Shown piece by piece: positions 10,295-20,302 of a stretch of DNA of 64,000 nt. The DNA comes from an uncultured Dehalococcoidia bacterium (lineage in GTDB: Bacteria > Chloroflexota > Dehalococcoidia > DSTF01 > JACRBR01): the NCBI GenBank assembly GCA_964599885.1, contig CAZRHH010000010.1, positions 2,507 through 66,506 on the forward strand, given 5' to 3'. Below the pieces are notes generated by a model that saw nothing but the letters and a program-made list of their open reading frames with translations, did no database searches and had not been told where the DNA came from. The first letter of the stretch is position 1. Each line of letters begins with the position of its first letter. The translations under genes were made by a program, and so were the position numbers.

Positions 10295-12928
10295 TTGACG
10301 GCGGGGCGCTCGACCATGCTGGAGAGCGTGATCGACGCTCTCCGCGGCGTCAAGGGCCCGGACCGCGCCGGTTGGTGGACCGCGCACTGCCCGCTCCACG
10401 TCGATCGCAAGCCAAGCCTGCGATTCACGTCGACCGGCTTCGAGTGCATGGGTTGCGGGGAGAAGGGCCACATCGCGCTACTCGCCGCCAAGCTCGGCGT
10501 CGCTGAAGAGAAGCATCGGCCTTTCGACGCGCGCGTACAGGCGACCTACGACTACGTCGACGAGGACGGCCGGCTGCTCTTTCAGTCGGTGCGGCTTCGC
10601 GATCCAAAAGACTTTCGACAGCGCCGACCAGATGGTTCGGGCGGTTGGATCTGGAACCTCAACGGCGTCCGGCGCGCGCTCTACCGGCTGCCAGAAGTGC
10701 TGTCGGCGGCGGCAGACGAGGCCCTTTTTGTCGTAGAAGGCGAGAAGGACGCGAATCGTCTCTGGGCGGAAGGCCTGCCTGCAACCACGAACGCCGGCGG
10801 GGCCGGCAAATGGCTGTCCGAGTACAGCGAGTCACTGCGCGGTAGCACGGCGGTGATCATCCCCGACAACGACGACGCCGGCCGTGGGCACGCCGAACAG
10901 GTTGCACGATCCGGTGATGGTGTCGCCGCGGAAGTGCGTGTGCTTACGCTGCCGAACCTACCGGAGAAGGGCGACGTCAGCGACTGGTTCGATGCCGGCG
11001 GCACCGCCGCCGAGCTGCTACAGCTCGCCGCCGAAACGGCCGTCTTCGTCCCCGATTGTGATGGGCAAGGCGACGCATCCGTCACCGGCACCGGGCAGCA
11101 GCCGACGATCGTCGTCAGCGACCGTCATCTCCACGACATCGCCGCCGACGGCTGGCTCGCGCTGCAGCGTGCCAACGTCCCGGTTCGATCCTTCGTTCAC
11201 GGCCTCGACGTGGCTGAGGTCGTTCGAGACGCGGGCGGACGTTGCTCGATCAAGCACATGGGCGTCGCGGCCCTGCGCGGTCGGTTGGACCGCTGCGCAG
11301 ACTGGCAGCGGGAGGCGAAGGGCGGTCTCGCTCCGGCGCGGCCGCCCAAAGATGTCGTCGAAGACATGCTCGCACTCGAGAAGCCGTTACCGCCGCTCAA
11401 GGGCATCGTCGGAACGCCGATGTTCGCGGACGACGGTTCACTCGACTGCACGCCCGGCTATCAGCCGACGACGCATCTCTATTACGAACCCACAGGCGAA
11501 GCGATCCCGGCTGTGCCGCCCACGCCCGACGCCACCGACCTCATGCGCGCCAAAGCGTATCTGCGCCAGGAGTGGCTCGCGGACTTTCCGTTCCTGGACG
11601 ACGCGTCCTTCGCGCACGCGGTCTCGATAGCGCTCACCGTGATGGCCCGCGAGATGATCCACGGGCCGACACCGCTCTTCGCCGTCGACGCGCCCGCGCC
11701 GGGCAGCGGCAAGGGGTTGCTGTGCTCCAGCGTCGGCATCATCGTCTCCGGTCGCGAGGCCGCAGTCATGACCGAGACGCGGGGCGAGGAAGAGAGGAAG
11801 CGGATCACCGCGCTGGTCCGCGCCGGTCATCCTCTGTTGTTGCTGGACAACGTGAAACGAAAGCTGGAATCAGGCACGTTCGCAGCCATGCTGACCGCCC
11901 CGTTCTGGTCCGACCGCATCCTCGGCGCTACGCAAGACGTCGAACTCCCCGTGCGCGGTGTTTGGATGGCGACGGGCAACAACTTGCAATTCGACAGCGA
12001 CATCAGCCGGCGTGTGGTGTGGATCAGGATCGACGCACGTGTCGATCGTCCATGGGAACGTTCGGAGTTCCGCAAGGGGAATCTTCTGGAGTGGGTCGGT
12101 CGCCACCGCCACGAGTTGGTGTGGTCTTGCCTGGTGCTCATCCAGAACTGGATCGCCGCGGGCCGACCGCTGTGGCAAGGACGTCCACTCGGCTCCTTCG
12201 AGTCCTGGTGCAACGTGATCGGTGGCGTCCTTGAGGCGGCCGGCATCGCAGGCTTCCTCGAGAACCGGGGCGAACTCTACAGCCGTGCCGACGCAGAGAC
12301 CGAGGAATGGCGCACCTTCGTGCGCCAGTGGCAGGCGGCGTTCGGCGATACGCCCATCAAGGCGGCCGAAGTCCTCAGCATCGCGAAGGAGCTCCTGCCA
12401 TCGGTCTTTGAGCGCGTGAGAGACAACGCATCGGATCGGGCGCTCCTCACGCGTTTGGGCATAGCACTGAAGCAACGCGTCGACCGATCGTTCGACGGCT
12501 TATTCATCCGCCGGGCCGGCGCAGACCACCACGACGGCGGCACGCTGTGGCGGCTGGATTGCGGAACCTTCAATGGATCAGATGCCTCAGCATCAGCAGA
12601 GGTTCCGCAAGATAAGTGGTCAACTCCAGATACGTTTGCGGAAGCTGCGGAACCTGCGGAACCTGTTTTGGGGGTCGATGCAACTTTTGACGATCAACCC
12701 CCAACAGAACACGGAGTGTTTCCGACCCCGAAAAAGCATCCGCAGGTTCCGCAGCTTCCGCACGTAGATTCAAATTCAACCGATTTCGGCGCGGAACCTT
12801 TGCGGAAGGTTGACGTCTCTACGACCAAGGTTCCGCAGGAGCGTCCTCGCTGCGGCCGCTGCCGTATGCCGATGAGCGTCGCCCGAGTTGATGACGTCTG
12901 CGGCTTGTGCAAGCAGGTGGCGCGATGA
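10295..12928 (+). CDS. Primase-helicase (Zn-binding + Toprim + P-loop NTPase), replication initiator of the element
   Basis: HCPLH...CMGC zinc motif; YDYVDEDG..VRLRDPKDFRQ; VVEGEKDA, PDND..G and KGDVSDW (Toprim); APGSGKG Walker A; LLLDN Walker B; alternative ATG at 10316. Confidence 0.88.
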   Translation: MTAGRSTMLESVIDALRGVKGPDRAGWWTAHCPLHVDRKPSLRFTSTGFECMGCGEKGHIALLAAKLGVAEEKHRPFDARVQATYDYVDEDGRLLFQSVRLRDPKDFRQRRPDGSGGWIWNLNGVRRALYRLPEVLSAAADEALFVVEGEKDANRLWAEGLPATTNAGGAGKWLSEYSESLRGSTAVIIPDNDDAGRGHAEQVARSGDGVAAEVRVLTLPNLPEKGDVSDWFDAGGTAAELLQLAAETAVFVPDCDGQGDASVTGTGQQPTIVVSDRHLHDIAADGWLALQRANVPVRSFVHGLDVAEVVRDAGGRCSIKHMGVAALRGRLDRCADWQREAKGGLAPARPPKDVVEDMLALEKPLPPLKGIVGTPMFADDGSLDCTPGYQPTTHLYYEPTGEAIPAVPPTPDATDLMRAKAYLRQEWLADFPFLDDASFAHAVSIALTVMAREMIHGPTPLFAVDAPAPGSGKGLLCSSVGIIVSGREAAVMTETRGEEERKRITALVRAGHPLLLLDNVKRKLESGTFAAMLTAPFWSDRILGATQDVELPVRGVWMATGNNLQFDSDISRRVVWIRIDARVDRPWERSEFRKGNLLEWVGRHRHELVWSCLVLIQNWIAAGRPLWQGRPLGSFESWCNVIGGVLEAAGIAGFLENRGELYSRADAETEEWRTFVRQWQAAFGDTPIKAAEVLSIAKELLPSVFERVRDNASDRALLTRLGIALKQRVDRSFDGLFIRRAGADHHDGGTLWRLDCGTFNGSDASASAEVPQDKWSTPDTFAEAAEPAEPVLGVDATFDDQPPTEHGVFPTPKKHPQVPQLPHVDSNSTDFGAEPLRKVDVSTTKVPQERPRCGRCRMPMSVARVDDVCGLCKQVAR
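12561..12836. repeat. Cluster of 9-bp GCGGAACCT-like repeats in both orientations (candidate iteron origin)
   Basis: Forward at 12561, 12638/12647/12656 (tandem), 12791, 12802; reverse at 12600, 12735/12744/12753 (tandem), 12828. Confidence 0.75.
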
Positions 12929-12964
12929 CGCACACCATGACCGAATCGTGATGGAGAGCCGCTC

Positions 12965-14209
12965 ATGACGAAGATGATCACCGCCGCACCCCTCCAGATC
13001 GAGCACGTTGCGATCGACGAACTGAAGCCCGACCCGGCCAACCCGCGCCGGATCTCCGACGCCGAACTAGAGTCGCTCACGCGCAGCCTGCGCGAGTATG
13101 GGTTCGTGCAGCCCGTGCTCGCGCGGCGTGAAGACAAGACGGTCATCGGCGGCCACCAGCGGCTGCTGGCGGCGCGGCGCCTCGGGATGAAGACCGTGCC
13201 CGTGACGTACCTCGACGTGACGATCGAGCAAGCGCGTGTCCTCAACCTCGCCCTCAACAAGATCAGCGGCTCGTGGGATCAGGAGCTGCTCGCCCGACTG
13301 GTGGCTGACCTCGCCGGCGTGGCCGACCTGGACATCACGCTCTCCGGCTTCGCGGAGGACGAACTCGACCAGTTGCTCAAGTCGCTCGACGTGCGCGAGA
13401 AGCGGGAGAAGGTCGAGGCCTTCGACGTCGAGGCGGCGCTTGAGGCCGCACGCGCGGCCACACGCGCCCAACCGGGCGACCTGTGGGCGATGGGCGACCA
13501 CCGGCTGCTGGTCGGCGACGCTGGCGACGCGGCGGCGGTGACGCGGCTGCTCGATGGCAAGCGTCCGGCGATGGCGTTCACCGACCCGCCCTACAACGTG
13601 GCCTACGGCGATCACGGCGGCCAGCAGCAGGGACAGCGCAAGCGGCGCATCCAGAACGACGCGATGCCGCGCGATCAGTTCGAGACGTTCTGTCGCGGCT
13701 GGGTGCGCAACCTCCTGGAACACGTCGACGGCGCGATCTACTGCTGCATGTCGAGCAAGGAACTGCCGCTCGTCTCGCGCGTGTTCGAAGAAGAAGGCGG
13801 TCACTGGAGCGACACGGTCATCTGGCGCAAAGACCGCTTCACGCTCGGACGCGCGGACTACCAGCGGCAGTACGAGCCGATCTGGTTCGGCTGGCGCGAA
13901 GGCGCGAAACACCAGTGGCACGGCGGCCGCAACCAGGGCGACGTGTGGGACGTGGACCGTCCGTCCGACAGCGACGCGCACCCAACGATGAAGCCGCTCG
14001 CGCTCGTCGAGAAGGCGATCGAGAACTCGTCCTCCTCCGGTGACATCGTGCTCGACCTCTTTCTGGGTTCGGGCTCGACGCTGATCGCCGCGGAGCGTAC
14101 CGGCCGCGTCTGCTACGGCACCGAACTCGACCCGCACTATGGCAGCGTCGTGTTGGCGCGCTGGGAGTCTTTTGCAGGGAAGGTCGCGGAATGCCTCAGC
14201 CGTTCGTGA
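12965..14209 (+). CDS. ParB/Srx-like domain fused to N6A/N4C DNA methyltransferase (beta class)
   Basis: LKPDPANPRRI..GFVQPV..GGHQRL (ParB-N); FTDPPYN precedes HPTMKP and DLFLGSGST. Confidence 0.92.
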   Translation: MTKMITAAPLQIEHVAIDELKPDPANPRRISDAELESLTRSLREYGFVQPVLARREDKTVIGGHQRLLAARRLGMKTVPVTYLDVTIEQARVLNLALNKISGSWDQELLARLVADLAGVADLDITLSGFAEDELDQLLKSLDVREKREKVEAFDVEAALEAARAATRAQPGDLWAMGDHRLLVGDAGDAAAVTRLLDGKRPAMAFTDPPYNVAYGDHGGQQQGQRKRRIQNDAMPRDQFETFCRGWVRNLLEHVDGAIYCCMSSKELPLVSRVFEEEGGHWSDTVIWRKDRFTLGRADYQRQYEPIWFGWREGAKHQWHGGRNQGDVWDVDRPSDSDAHPTMKPLALVEKAIENSSSSGDIVLDLFLGSGSTLIAAERTGRVCYGTELDPHYGSVVLARWESFAGKVAECLSRS

Positions 14210-14391
14210 TCACGAAGGACCCGCGCGGCCCGCAGATGCACGTCCGCCGGCGCGACGACGTCGCCTGCGTCGGCTGCATCGAGGTCGGGCTGTTCGCGAT
14301 CGTGCAAGCGGTGATCGAGGAAGAGGCAGCGGCCTCGGCTGGGGAGGGCACACCAACCGAGGCCGCTAGAGAGGCGATGGTAGCACGATGA
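14206..14391 (+). CDS. Small hypothetical protein
   Basis: GTG overlaps the MTase stop (GTGA); CxxC motif. Confidence 0.35.
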   Translation: MITKDPRGPQMHVRRRDDVACVGCIEVGLFAIVQAVIEEEAAASAGEGTPTEAAREAMVAR

Positions 14392-14414
14392 GGCTGCGTT
14401 GCGTTTATCCGGCG

Positions 14415-14813
14415 TCAATCACTGGCCACGACGCGCCCGTCGATGCCGACCGCCGCATCGCCGAACAGGATCGCCGCCCAGGCCTCGGCGTCGGCGCGGT
14501 TACTGCCGAACGTCGTGCAATGCTCGGCGCAATGGCGGACGAGGGCGAGCCGACCCTCGGCGCTGTCGGGAAACGCCGGCGTGATCGGCGTGCCCTCGCT
14601 GACGGCTTCGTACGCGGCGACCTCGCATTGATCAGCCGTCAAGCCTTCGGTGGTCGGCATCGTGCCCCCGCATTCGGCGCGGTGGGCGTCGCTGTCGAAG
14701 ACGTAGTTCGCCGGCAGCAGCGGCTCGTGCCGCCCGCGATCGTCTCTCGGGTGCTGCCAGCCTTTCGGGAATCGCCGCACCTCGCGGCCTCCGACGGAGT
14801 AGAACTCGCTCAT
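14415..14813 (-). CDS. Hypothetical phage-like protein
   Basis: AAGGAG RBS before ATG 14813; GREVRRFPKGWQHP ... YEAVSEGTPITPAF. Confidence 0.65.
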   Translation of the reverse strand: MSEFYSVGGREVRRFPKGWQHPRDDRGRHEPLLPANYVFDSDAHRAECGGTMPTTEGLTADQCEVAAYEAVSEGTPITPAFPDSAEGRLALVRHCAEHCTTFGSNRADAEAWAAILFGDAAVGIDGRVVASD

Positions 14814-14826
14814 CTGATTCTCCTTT

Positions 14827-14945
14827 CGCCACCATACATCACTCTGGCGAACGCACGAGTCAACGCCTCGCCGGCCGGAGTTTCGAGTGTTAACGAACTG
14901 ACACACCCGTTGACTTCGCTCCGCACCGGAGTGATGTATGGCGGC
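14827..14945. promoter_or_regulatory. Back-to-back duplicated promoter motif CGTTGACT-N10-CC-R-GAGTGATGTATGG-Y-GGC
   Basis: Minus copy 14827-14865 and plus copy 14908-14945 with identical spacing; each precedes an RBS and ATG. Confidence 0.6.
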
Positions 14946-14991
14946 ACCAACGAGACGGCCTCAGACGAGGCCCAGCGAGAGGAGCGGCGCG

Positions 14992-15435
14992 ATGCCGATC
15001 GAGAACAGGAATCTGGAGCCAGGGACCGTGCTGGTGGCGCGGCACAAGAAGGCGGAGCACCGCTGCGAGGTGGTGCAGACGGACGCGGGGCTGCGCTACC
15101 GCCTGACGGACGGCAAGGAGTTCAACAGCCCGTCGTCGGCGGGACGGGAGATCACCGGCGGCGTTGCGGTGAACGGCTGGCGGTTCTGGAGCCTCGAAGG
15201 CGACCTGAAGCCGCGCGCGGCCAAGACGGCGAAGCCCAAGGCAGAAAAGACCGCCACCAAGAAGGCGCCAGCGAAGAAGGCCAGCGGCAAGAAGAAGGGC
15301 GCGAAGAAGCCGGCCGCGAAGAAGGCGGCACGGGCGGCGAGCCGCGGTTCGTACGGGTGCGGCGTGTGCGGCGACGAGTTCCCGACGATGAAGGCCGCGA
15401 CCGACCACGCGACGGAAGCGCACATCGCCAACTAA
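14992..15435 (+). CDS. RAMA/DUF2924-like domain + Lys/Ala-rich histone-like tract + C2H2 finger
   Basis: GTVLVARHK..GKEFNSPSSAGREITGG..NGWRFW; PAKK/AAKK repeats; CGVC-x12-H-x4-H; GAGGAG RBS. Confidence 0.65.
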   Translation: MPIENRNLEPGTVLVARHKKAEHRCEVVQTDAGLRYRLTDGKEFNSPSSAGREITGGVAVNGWRFWSLEGDLKPRAAKTAKPKAEKTATKKAPAKKASGKKKGAKKPAAKKAARAASRGSYGCGVCGDEFPTMKAATDHATEAHIAN

Positions 15436-15452
15436 CCCTCGCCTTGGATCGC

Positions 15453-15482
15453 GCAGCGGGTCGCTTCGGCGGCTCGCTGTCG
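15453..15482 (+). terminator. Hairpin terminator candidate
   Basis: GCAGCGGGTCGC-TTCG-GCGGCTCGCTGT after the stop at 15435. Confidence 0.55.
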
Positions 15483-15565
15483 TTGTGTCTCGTCGGTGCT
15501 CGTCGGACGCACACGATGGCAAGATCGTGTGGACTACCAACCGCGGTGACTAGCAGAGGTAATCA

Positions 15566-15967
15566 ATGGTAGTCTCGCGCACCTGCAGGGAGATTCGATC
15601 AAACGGCGAGCCGTGTCGCGCCGCTCCCCTGCGCGACAGCAATTTCTGCCTGTGGCACGACCCCGAACAGGCCGACGTCGTCGCCGAAGCGCGGCGTCTG
15701 GGCGGCGTCCGCAGGAAGCGAGAGACGACGCTCGCCGGCGCCTACGAGATCGAAGGTCTTGGCTCGGTGAGCGAGATTCGCCGGATTGTCGAGATCGCGG
15801 TGCTGGACGCGCTCAGCCTCGACAACAGCGTCGCCCGCGGCCGTCTGCTCGTAGCCTGTGCGCTGGCCGGCGCCAAGCTTCTCGAAGTCGGTGAGTTGGA
15901 GCAGCGGTTGGAAGCGGTGGAGGGCGCGCTCAAGCCGCGTCTCGTCAAGACGGTCGGTCGACGATGA
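15566..15967 (+). CDS. Hypothetical protein with N-terminal C-x9-C-x10-C-x2-H zinc knuckle (HGGxSTG/DUF5763-like)
   Basis: RTCREIRSNGEPCRAAPLRDSNFCLWHDP. Confidence 0.6.
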   Translation: MVVSRTCREIRSNGEPCRAAPLRDSNFCLWHDPEQADVVAEARRLGGVRRKRETTLAGAYEIEGLGSVSEIRRIVEIAVLDALSLDNSVARGRLLVACALAGAKLLEVGELEQRLEAVEGALKPRLVKTVGRR

Positions 15968-17070
15968 GCGGCGCAGAGAAGCGACTCGATCGATTGCTGC
16001 CGGCGCTCAGCGCGAAGGAGCGTGCGATCCTCATGCTCCGCGACTTCAAGGCGGACAAGACGCAGGAGCGCCAGTTGATCCGCTCTGCGCCCGACGCGCA
16101 GGCGCTCGAACTCAACCGCCTCATTGGCTTAATGAACGCCGCCAACGGCGACCTCGCCCATGTGCTCCTCGTCATCCGCGAGCGAGCGCGGCTGGAGGAG
16201 GTGCGCTTCAGCTGGTTGCAATGGGCGCGGATGTGCGCGCTCGAGATGTGGGGCGTCCGGGCACACTTCCTCACCAGCGGGAAGGACGCGATCACCGAGA
16301 GCGATTATCGCGAGCGCGAGGCAGAAGCACGCGGCGAGCTGCTGTCGCTCGACGAGTGCGCGACGATCTATGCGGAGGATTACCACATCTGGGACGAAGC
16401 GGACTACACGACGGACGAGAAGAGCGGGGAACAGTTCCCCACGGACGAGGCCTGGTTCCGGGTGCGCAACCAGAAGGCCAAGGAGTTGCACGCGCTCGTT
16501 GCGGCCGGCGCGCTTCCCGGCAAAGGGAAGGGCAAGCGCCTGAAGATCGCTTGCGGGGCGTTCTACGACTGGCTCGGCCAGCCGGTGCCGGTCGCACCCG
16601 ACTTCGGCATCGAGTTCGACGTCCAGCCCGATCATCGCGAACGGGAGGTGGGGCGGTCGCACCGCGAACACGAGTTCATCCGGGACATCCTCGATCGTGG
16701 CGCATTCAACGTGGAGCTACCGCTCGACATGACGTCATCGCTCGTCATGTCACGGCCCAACGGTCGGTTCGGCGTCGAGCTGGCGCGCGTCGTCGCCGTC
16801 ATCATCCGCACTGGCGTGCAGGAGAACTGGCGGCAGCTGCGCGCGATCGAGGAACAGATTGACGCGATCACGGAAGAGTACGACGGTGAGGATGTGCTGC
16901 ATGAGCGGATGCGGGGATGTCTGGAAGACGCGAAAGCCACGCTCGTCGATGTCCACAAAGATCTGCAGGCGTACACGGGACCGTTCGATCTACCGGAACC
17001 GGATGAGGATCTGCGATCTACGATCCAGCGCATCGTCGATAGAGAGGTCCAGCACGTTCCGACGCTCTAG
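15964..17070 (+). CDS. Hypothetical helical protein (element backbone)
   Basis: 368-aa ORF with ATGA overlap to the upstream gene; natural amino-acid composition. Confidence 0.7.
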   Translation: MSGAEKRLDRLLPALSAKERAILMLRDFKADKTQERQLIRSAPDAQALELNRLIGLMNAANGDLAHVLLVIRERARLEEVRFSWLQWARMCALEMWGVRAHFLTSGKDAITESDYREREAEARGELLSLDECATIYAEDYHIWDEADYTTDEKSGEQFPTDEAWFRVRNQKAKELHALVAAGALPGKGKGKRLKIACGAFYDWLGQPVPVAPDFGIEFDVQPDHREREVGRSHREHEFIRDILDRGAFNVELPLDMTSSLVMSRPNGRFGVELARVVAVIIRTGVQENWRQLRAIEEQIDAITEEYDGEDVLHERMRGCLEDAKATLVDVHKDLQAYTGPFDLPEPDEDLRSTIQRIVDREVQHVPTL

Positions 17071-17421
17071 CGACGCACACCATCGAACCATCGTGTGGCG
17101 CGATCTTGTAGGATCGGCGTAGCAGGACTACCACGAAGGCGCTCGTGTGATCCTCGTCCTGTTGTCCGGCACCTACGTCTGTTTCGATAGCCTGCGCGCG
17201 GGCGAGACGCTCCTCGAGGCGAAACGCCCCGACGCCGCGCGGATCGTGCTATGGCAACGAGAACCGCCGCAGTCAAGATCAATGGCACCCGTACAGGCCG
17301 CCAGTATCGTTTGGTGACGATGGTCTCCGCTTCCAAACGAAGGTCAGCGTCGACTGCTGCGTGCTCGCTGACGGCTACGACGAGACGTGGACGCGCAATC
17401 ATGATTGGGGAAGGAATAGAA

Positions 17422-18429
17422 ATGTCGAGCAAGCGCCATCACTTCGTTCCGCAGTTCTACCTGCGGCGTTTTGCTGACGGCGAGGGCAAGCTACGTATCT
17501 ATCGTTCCGGTACTGCTCTTGAACCCATCCGCTCTTCAGTCAAAGACGCTGCCGTGAGGACGGGCTTCTACAAGATCGACATGGACGGGCCCGGCGATCC
17601 AATGCAACTCGAAGCCGAGCTGTCAAGAATCGAAGGCGATGCCGCTGGCGCAATCGCGAGGATCTGTGCCGGCGGTTTTCCGCCGACCGACTTTGATCGT
17701 GGCGTGCTGTCGGTCTTCATGGCCCTTCAGCTCACACGCACGCCTGAGCACAGGCTGGTGATGGAGAAACAGGTAGACACTCTCGAGAAAGTCTTTTACG
17801 AGAACATGACACCAGAATGGGCGCGCCAGCGTCTGACAGAGATCGGCCTGGACCCTACTGAGGAGAGCGTCGCCGCGATCATGGACATCGCCGAGAATCC
17901 CGACCAATATGTCTTCAGTCCCGATCGGAACGAGTTCCTTCAAATGATGATGGGTGTTGCTCTGCAAATCGCGCCCATTCTTGAAGCACGTGCATGGCGG
18001 CTTGGGATTAGCCCGGGGCCGGGCATCGTGGCCGGTGATCATGCGCCAGTCCGTTTCACACTCCCTGAGGCGCGGAGACCGTTCCTTGGCATCGGCCTCA
18101 GGGACGCACAGGAGGTGGACTTTCCCCTCGACCGCTACCACGCACTCGTCACATTCAAAGCCGGCCCTGAGGAGACATTCGTTCTGACCCGCGAGAACGT
18201 CATCTTCATCAATTCGCTCGTCGCGGAAACCAGCCATGACTTCGTGTTTCAGCACCCGGATGACCCGCGTATTGACTACATGGTGCCGAAGAGCCGACGA
18301 CCCCTCATGCTGGTTAATCAGCAGCCCGTCTATGCTGCCGACAAGAAGATACGCCGACTCGCGCCGATCTTTGCGCCGCACTCCGTGCGTTCTGGCAGCC
18401 CCTTCGACGACGAGCCACCGAAGACCTGA
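17422..18429 (+). CDS. DUF4238 domain protein
   Basis: N-terminal KRHHFVPQFYLRRF; LEAELSRIE; QLTRTP; GDHAP; FPLD. Confidence 0.85.
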   Translation: MSSKRHHFVPQFYLRRFADGEGKLRIYRSGTALEPIRSSVKDAAVRTGFYKIDMDGPGDPMQLEAELSRIEGDAAGAIARICAGGFPPTDFDRGVLSVFMALQLTRTPEHRLVMEKQVDTLEKVFYENMTPEWARQRLTEIGLDPTEESVAAIMDIAENPDQYVFSPDRNEFLQMMMGVALQIAPILEARAWRLGISPGPGIVAGDHAPVRFTLPEARRPFLGIGLRDAQEVDFPLDRYHALVTFKAGPEETFVLTRENVIFINSLVAETSHDFVFQHPDDPRIDYMVPKSRRPLMLVNQQPVYAADKKIRRLAPIFAPHSVRSGSPFDDEPPKT

Positions 18430-18454
18430 GCTTGAAATCCGCACCATGTGGACA

Positions 18455-18742
18455 TCGTGTGGCGCCTATCACGTAACGGCCAAGTGATCCCGACGCATGA
18501 CGGCTCACCCGGTGCTGTTCGTGCTGCGGAAGCGAGCCGAGGAAGCGGGCGTCGGCAAGTTCTCGCCCCACGACCTGCGGCGCACGTTCATCAGCGACCT
18601 ACTCGACGCGGGCGCGGACATTTCGACGGTGCAGGGGCTCGCCGGTCACGCGAACGTGCAGACGACGGTGCGCTACGACCGGCGCGGCGAACAGGCGAAG
18701 CAGAGGGCGGCAGCGCTCATTCATGTACCCTACATCGAATGA
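18455..18742 (+). pseudogene. C-terminal remnant of a XerC/D-like tyrosine recombinase
   Basis: [42 protein letters not shown]; N-terminal part absent. Confidence 0.85.
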
Positions 18743-19689
18743 GGTCGTCACAACGAAAGAGCGTTTCAAGAAAGCTGCGCCTGATTCGCGAGGCAGTCCG
18801 AAAATGGGACAGCCTCGAAGACCTGACCGAATACTACGTCACCACTGATTCCGGGCGATGGCCAAGAAACGAACGCCTCTTGCGGCAGGTGGCTCCCCGC
18901 CTTCGAACCATCGCGAGCGAACTTTCGCCCGAACTCGACGCCGTGAACCGTATGGCGACGCAGCAATTAATATTCCTCTTGCAGGTCGGGCCACGCTTTG
19001 ACAGCCCGGATTTTAGAGTTCTCTACGCGCAAGTTCGCGGTCACATGACTCGCGCAGAGGGGCATCTGCGACAACGGCTGGAGGAAGCAATGGAAGCGGA
19101 GCGGCGAACGATAACTGAATACCTCGCTCGCCATGAATCCGAATCGCCGGGAAAGCTCGCCGAAGCCGACGAGATAGCAGCGGCGGTCGGGCTCGATGGG
19201 AAGCGGGTGAGAATCCAGTTGCGATTGTTGAAGAACGATGGACTAGTGCAGTTGTCGGAAGCACACGGAGATTCGGTGAGCGCCATTATCACCGCCGAGG
19301 GGCACAGATATCTCGAAGAAGGACGGCCAACTTCGCAGCCATCGATTCGCATCGGTCAGGTAGTGGTGGGGCACAACTACGGGATACAAGCGGCCGATGT
19401 CGGCGTAGTGATTCAGGGGGAGACCGGCCTATCGGCCTCACTTCAGCCGCTGATAGAGCAACTGTTGGTCTGCATCCGAGACAGCGGGAATTCTGATGAG
19501 GAGAAAGATGATGCGTCCATTGAACTAGCGCAGGTTGCAGCAGAGGCGAAGAAGCACAAGCCCAACCGCGAGCGCCTCATCGGGTTCATCAAGAATCTGG
19601 CAACAATATCGCAAGCTCTGGCGCTCGGGCCCAACGCTGCGGTAGTCATCGAGCAGATGACATCAATCGTTGAGGCGATGCCCTTATAA
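18739..19689 (+). CDS. Hypothetical protein with central winged-helix domain
   Basis: [26 protein letters not shown]...[10 protein letters not shown]; ATG overlaps the stop of the recombinase remnant. Confidence 0.65.
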   Translation: MRSSQRKSVSRKLRLIREAVRKWDSLEDLTEYYVTTDSGRWPRNERLLRQVAPRLRTIASELSPELDAVNRMATQQLIFLLQVGPRFDSPDFRVLYAQVRGHMTRAEGHLRQRLEEAMEAERRTITEYLARHESESPGKLAEADEIAAAVGLDGKRVRIQLRLLKNDGLVQLSEAHGDSVSAIITAEGHRYLEEGRPTSQPSIRIGQVVVGHNYGIQAADVGVVIQGETGLSASLQPLIEQLLVCIRDSGNSDEEKDDASIELAQVAAEAKKHKPNRERLIGFIKNLATISQALALGPNAAVVIEQMTSIVEAMPL

Positions 19690-19700
19690 CGGCAAGCCAA

Positions 19701-20042
19701 CTATCCGTGCAACCCGAGGCCGTCGTCCTCGCGGAGTGACAGGTTGCCATCGTCGTCCTCGACGTAGTCGCAGCCGTAGCAGTTCCGCTCGTCGTCGAAG
19801 CCCTGCCCGCAATGGATACAGAGATGCCCCACCTCGAAACTCCTCACGGTCGTGCAGTCGTCCTCGTCGCAGAGGCAGACTTCGGCGAGCGGGCCGTACA
19901 GCGAGGGCCACTTGTCGATGAGTTCGTCGCCGTGTGGCAGACGCGCACGACCGCGACGTTCGCCGGGGGAGACGGCCCAACCGAGGGCGAGAGCCCGCGC
20001 AAGTGCGGACGCCGGTTGACGCGAAATGGACTGTCGGTTCAC
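19701..20042 (-). CDS. Small Cys-rich hypothetical protein
   Basis: CLC, CIHC and CYGC motifs; start uncertain. Confidence 0.4.
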   Translation of the reverse strand: MNRQSISRQPASALARALALGWAVSPGERRGRARLPHGDELIDKWPSLYGPLAEVCLCDEDDCTTVRSFEVGHLCIHCGQGFDDERNCYGCDYVEDDDGNLSLREDDGLGLHG

Positions 20043-20302
20043 GATGCACCTTCACGCTTCTTCGGACTCTTGCCGGGTCGGCGAGGAGGGCACTTCGGGC
20101 AGAAGGTCGGCACAACGGTGATGTCCCACCGCTTCTGGCGTACGCGCCGCGCCTCCGCTAAACAGGTAGGCACAGGGACATCGCTGCCCGACACGATGAG
20201 CCGATCGTGCCGCGCCGGACGCGCGAGGCCATTCGGCAAGTAATGACAGAGCCCGGCACGTGCCGGGCTCTCAGATTGATCTCGCTCCGGCGACGAGGCG
20301 AA

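Noticed and set aside
12561-12836. CRISPR array
   Set aside because: Repeats are 9 bp, in both orientations, irregularly spaced and inside a CDS; no cas genes.
18448-18738. N-terminal 97 aa of the 413-aa ORF call
   Set aside because: Overlaps the recombinase remnant in another frame; the likely start is ATG 18739.
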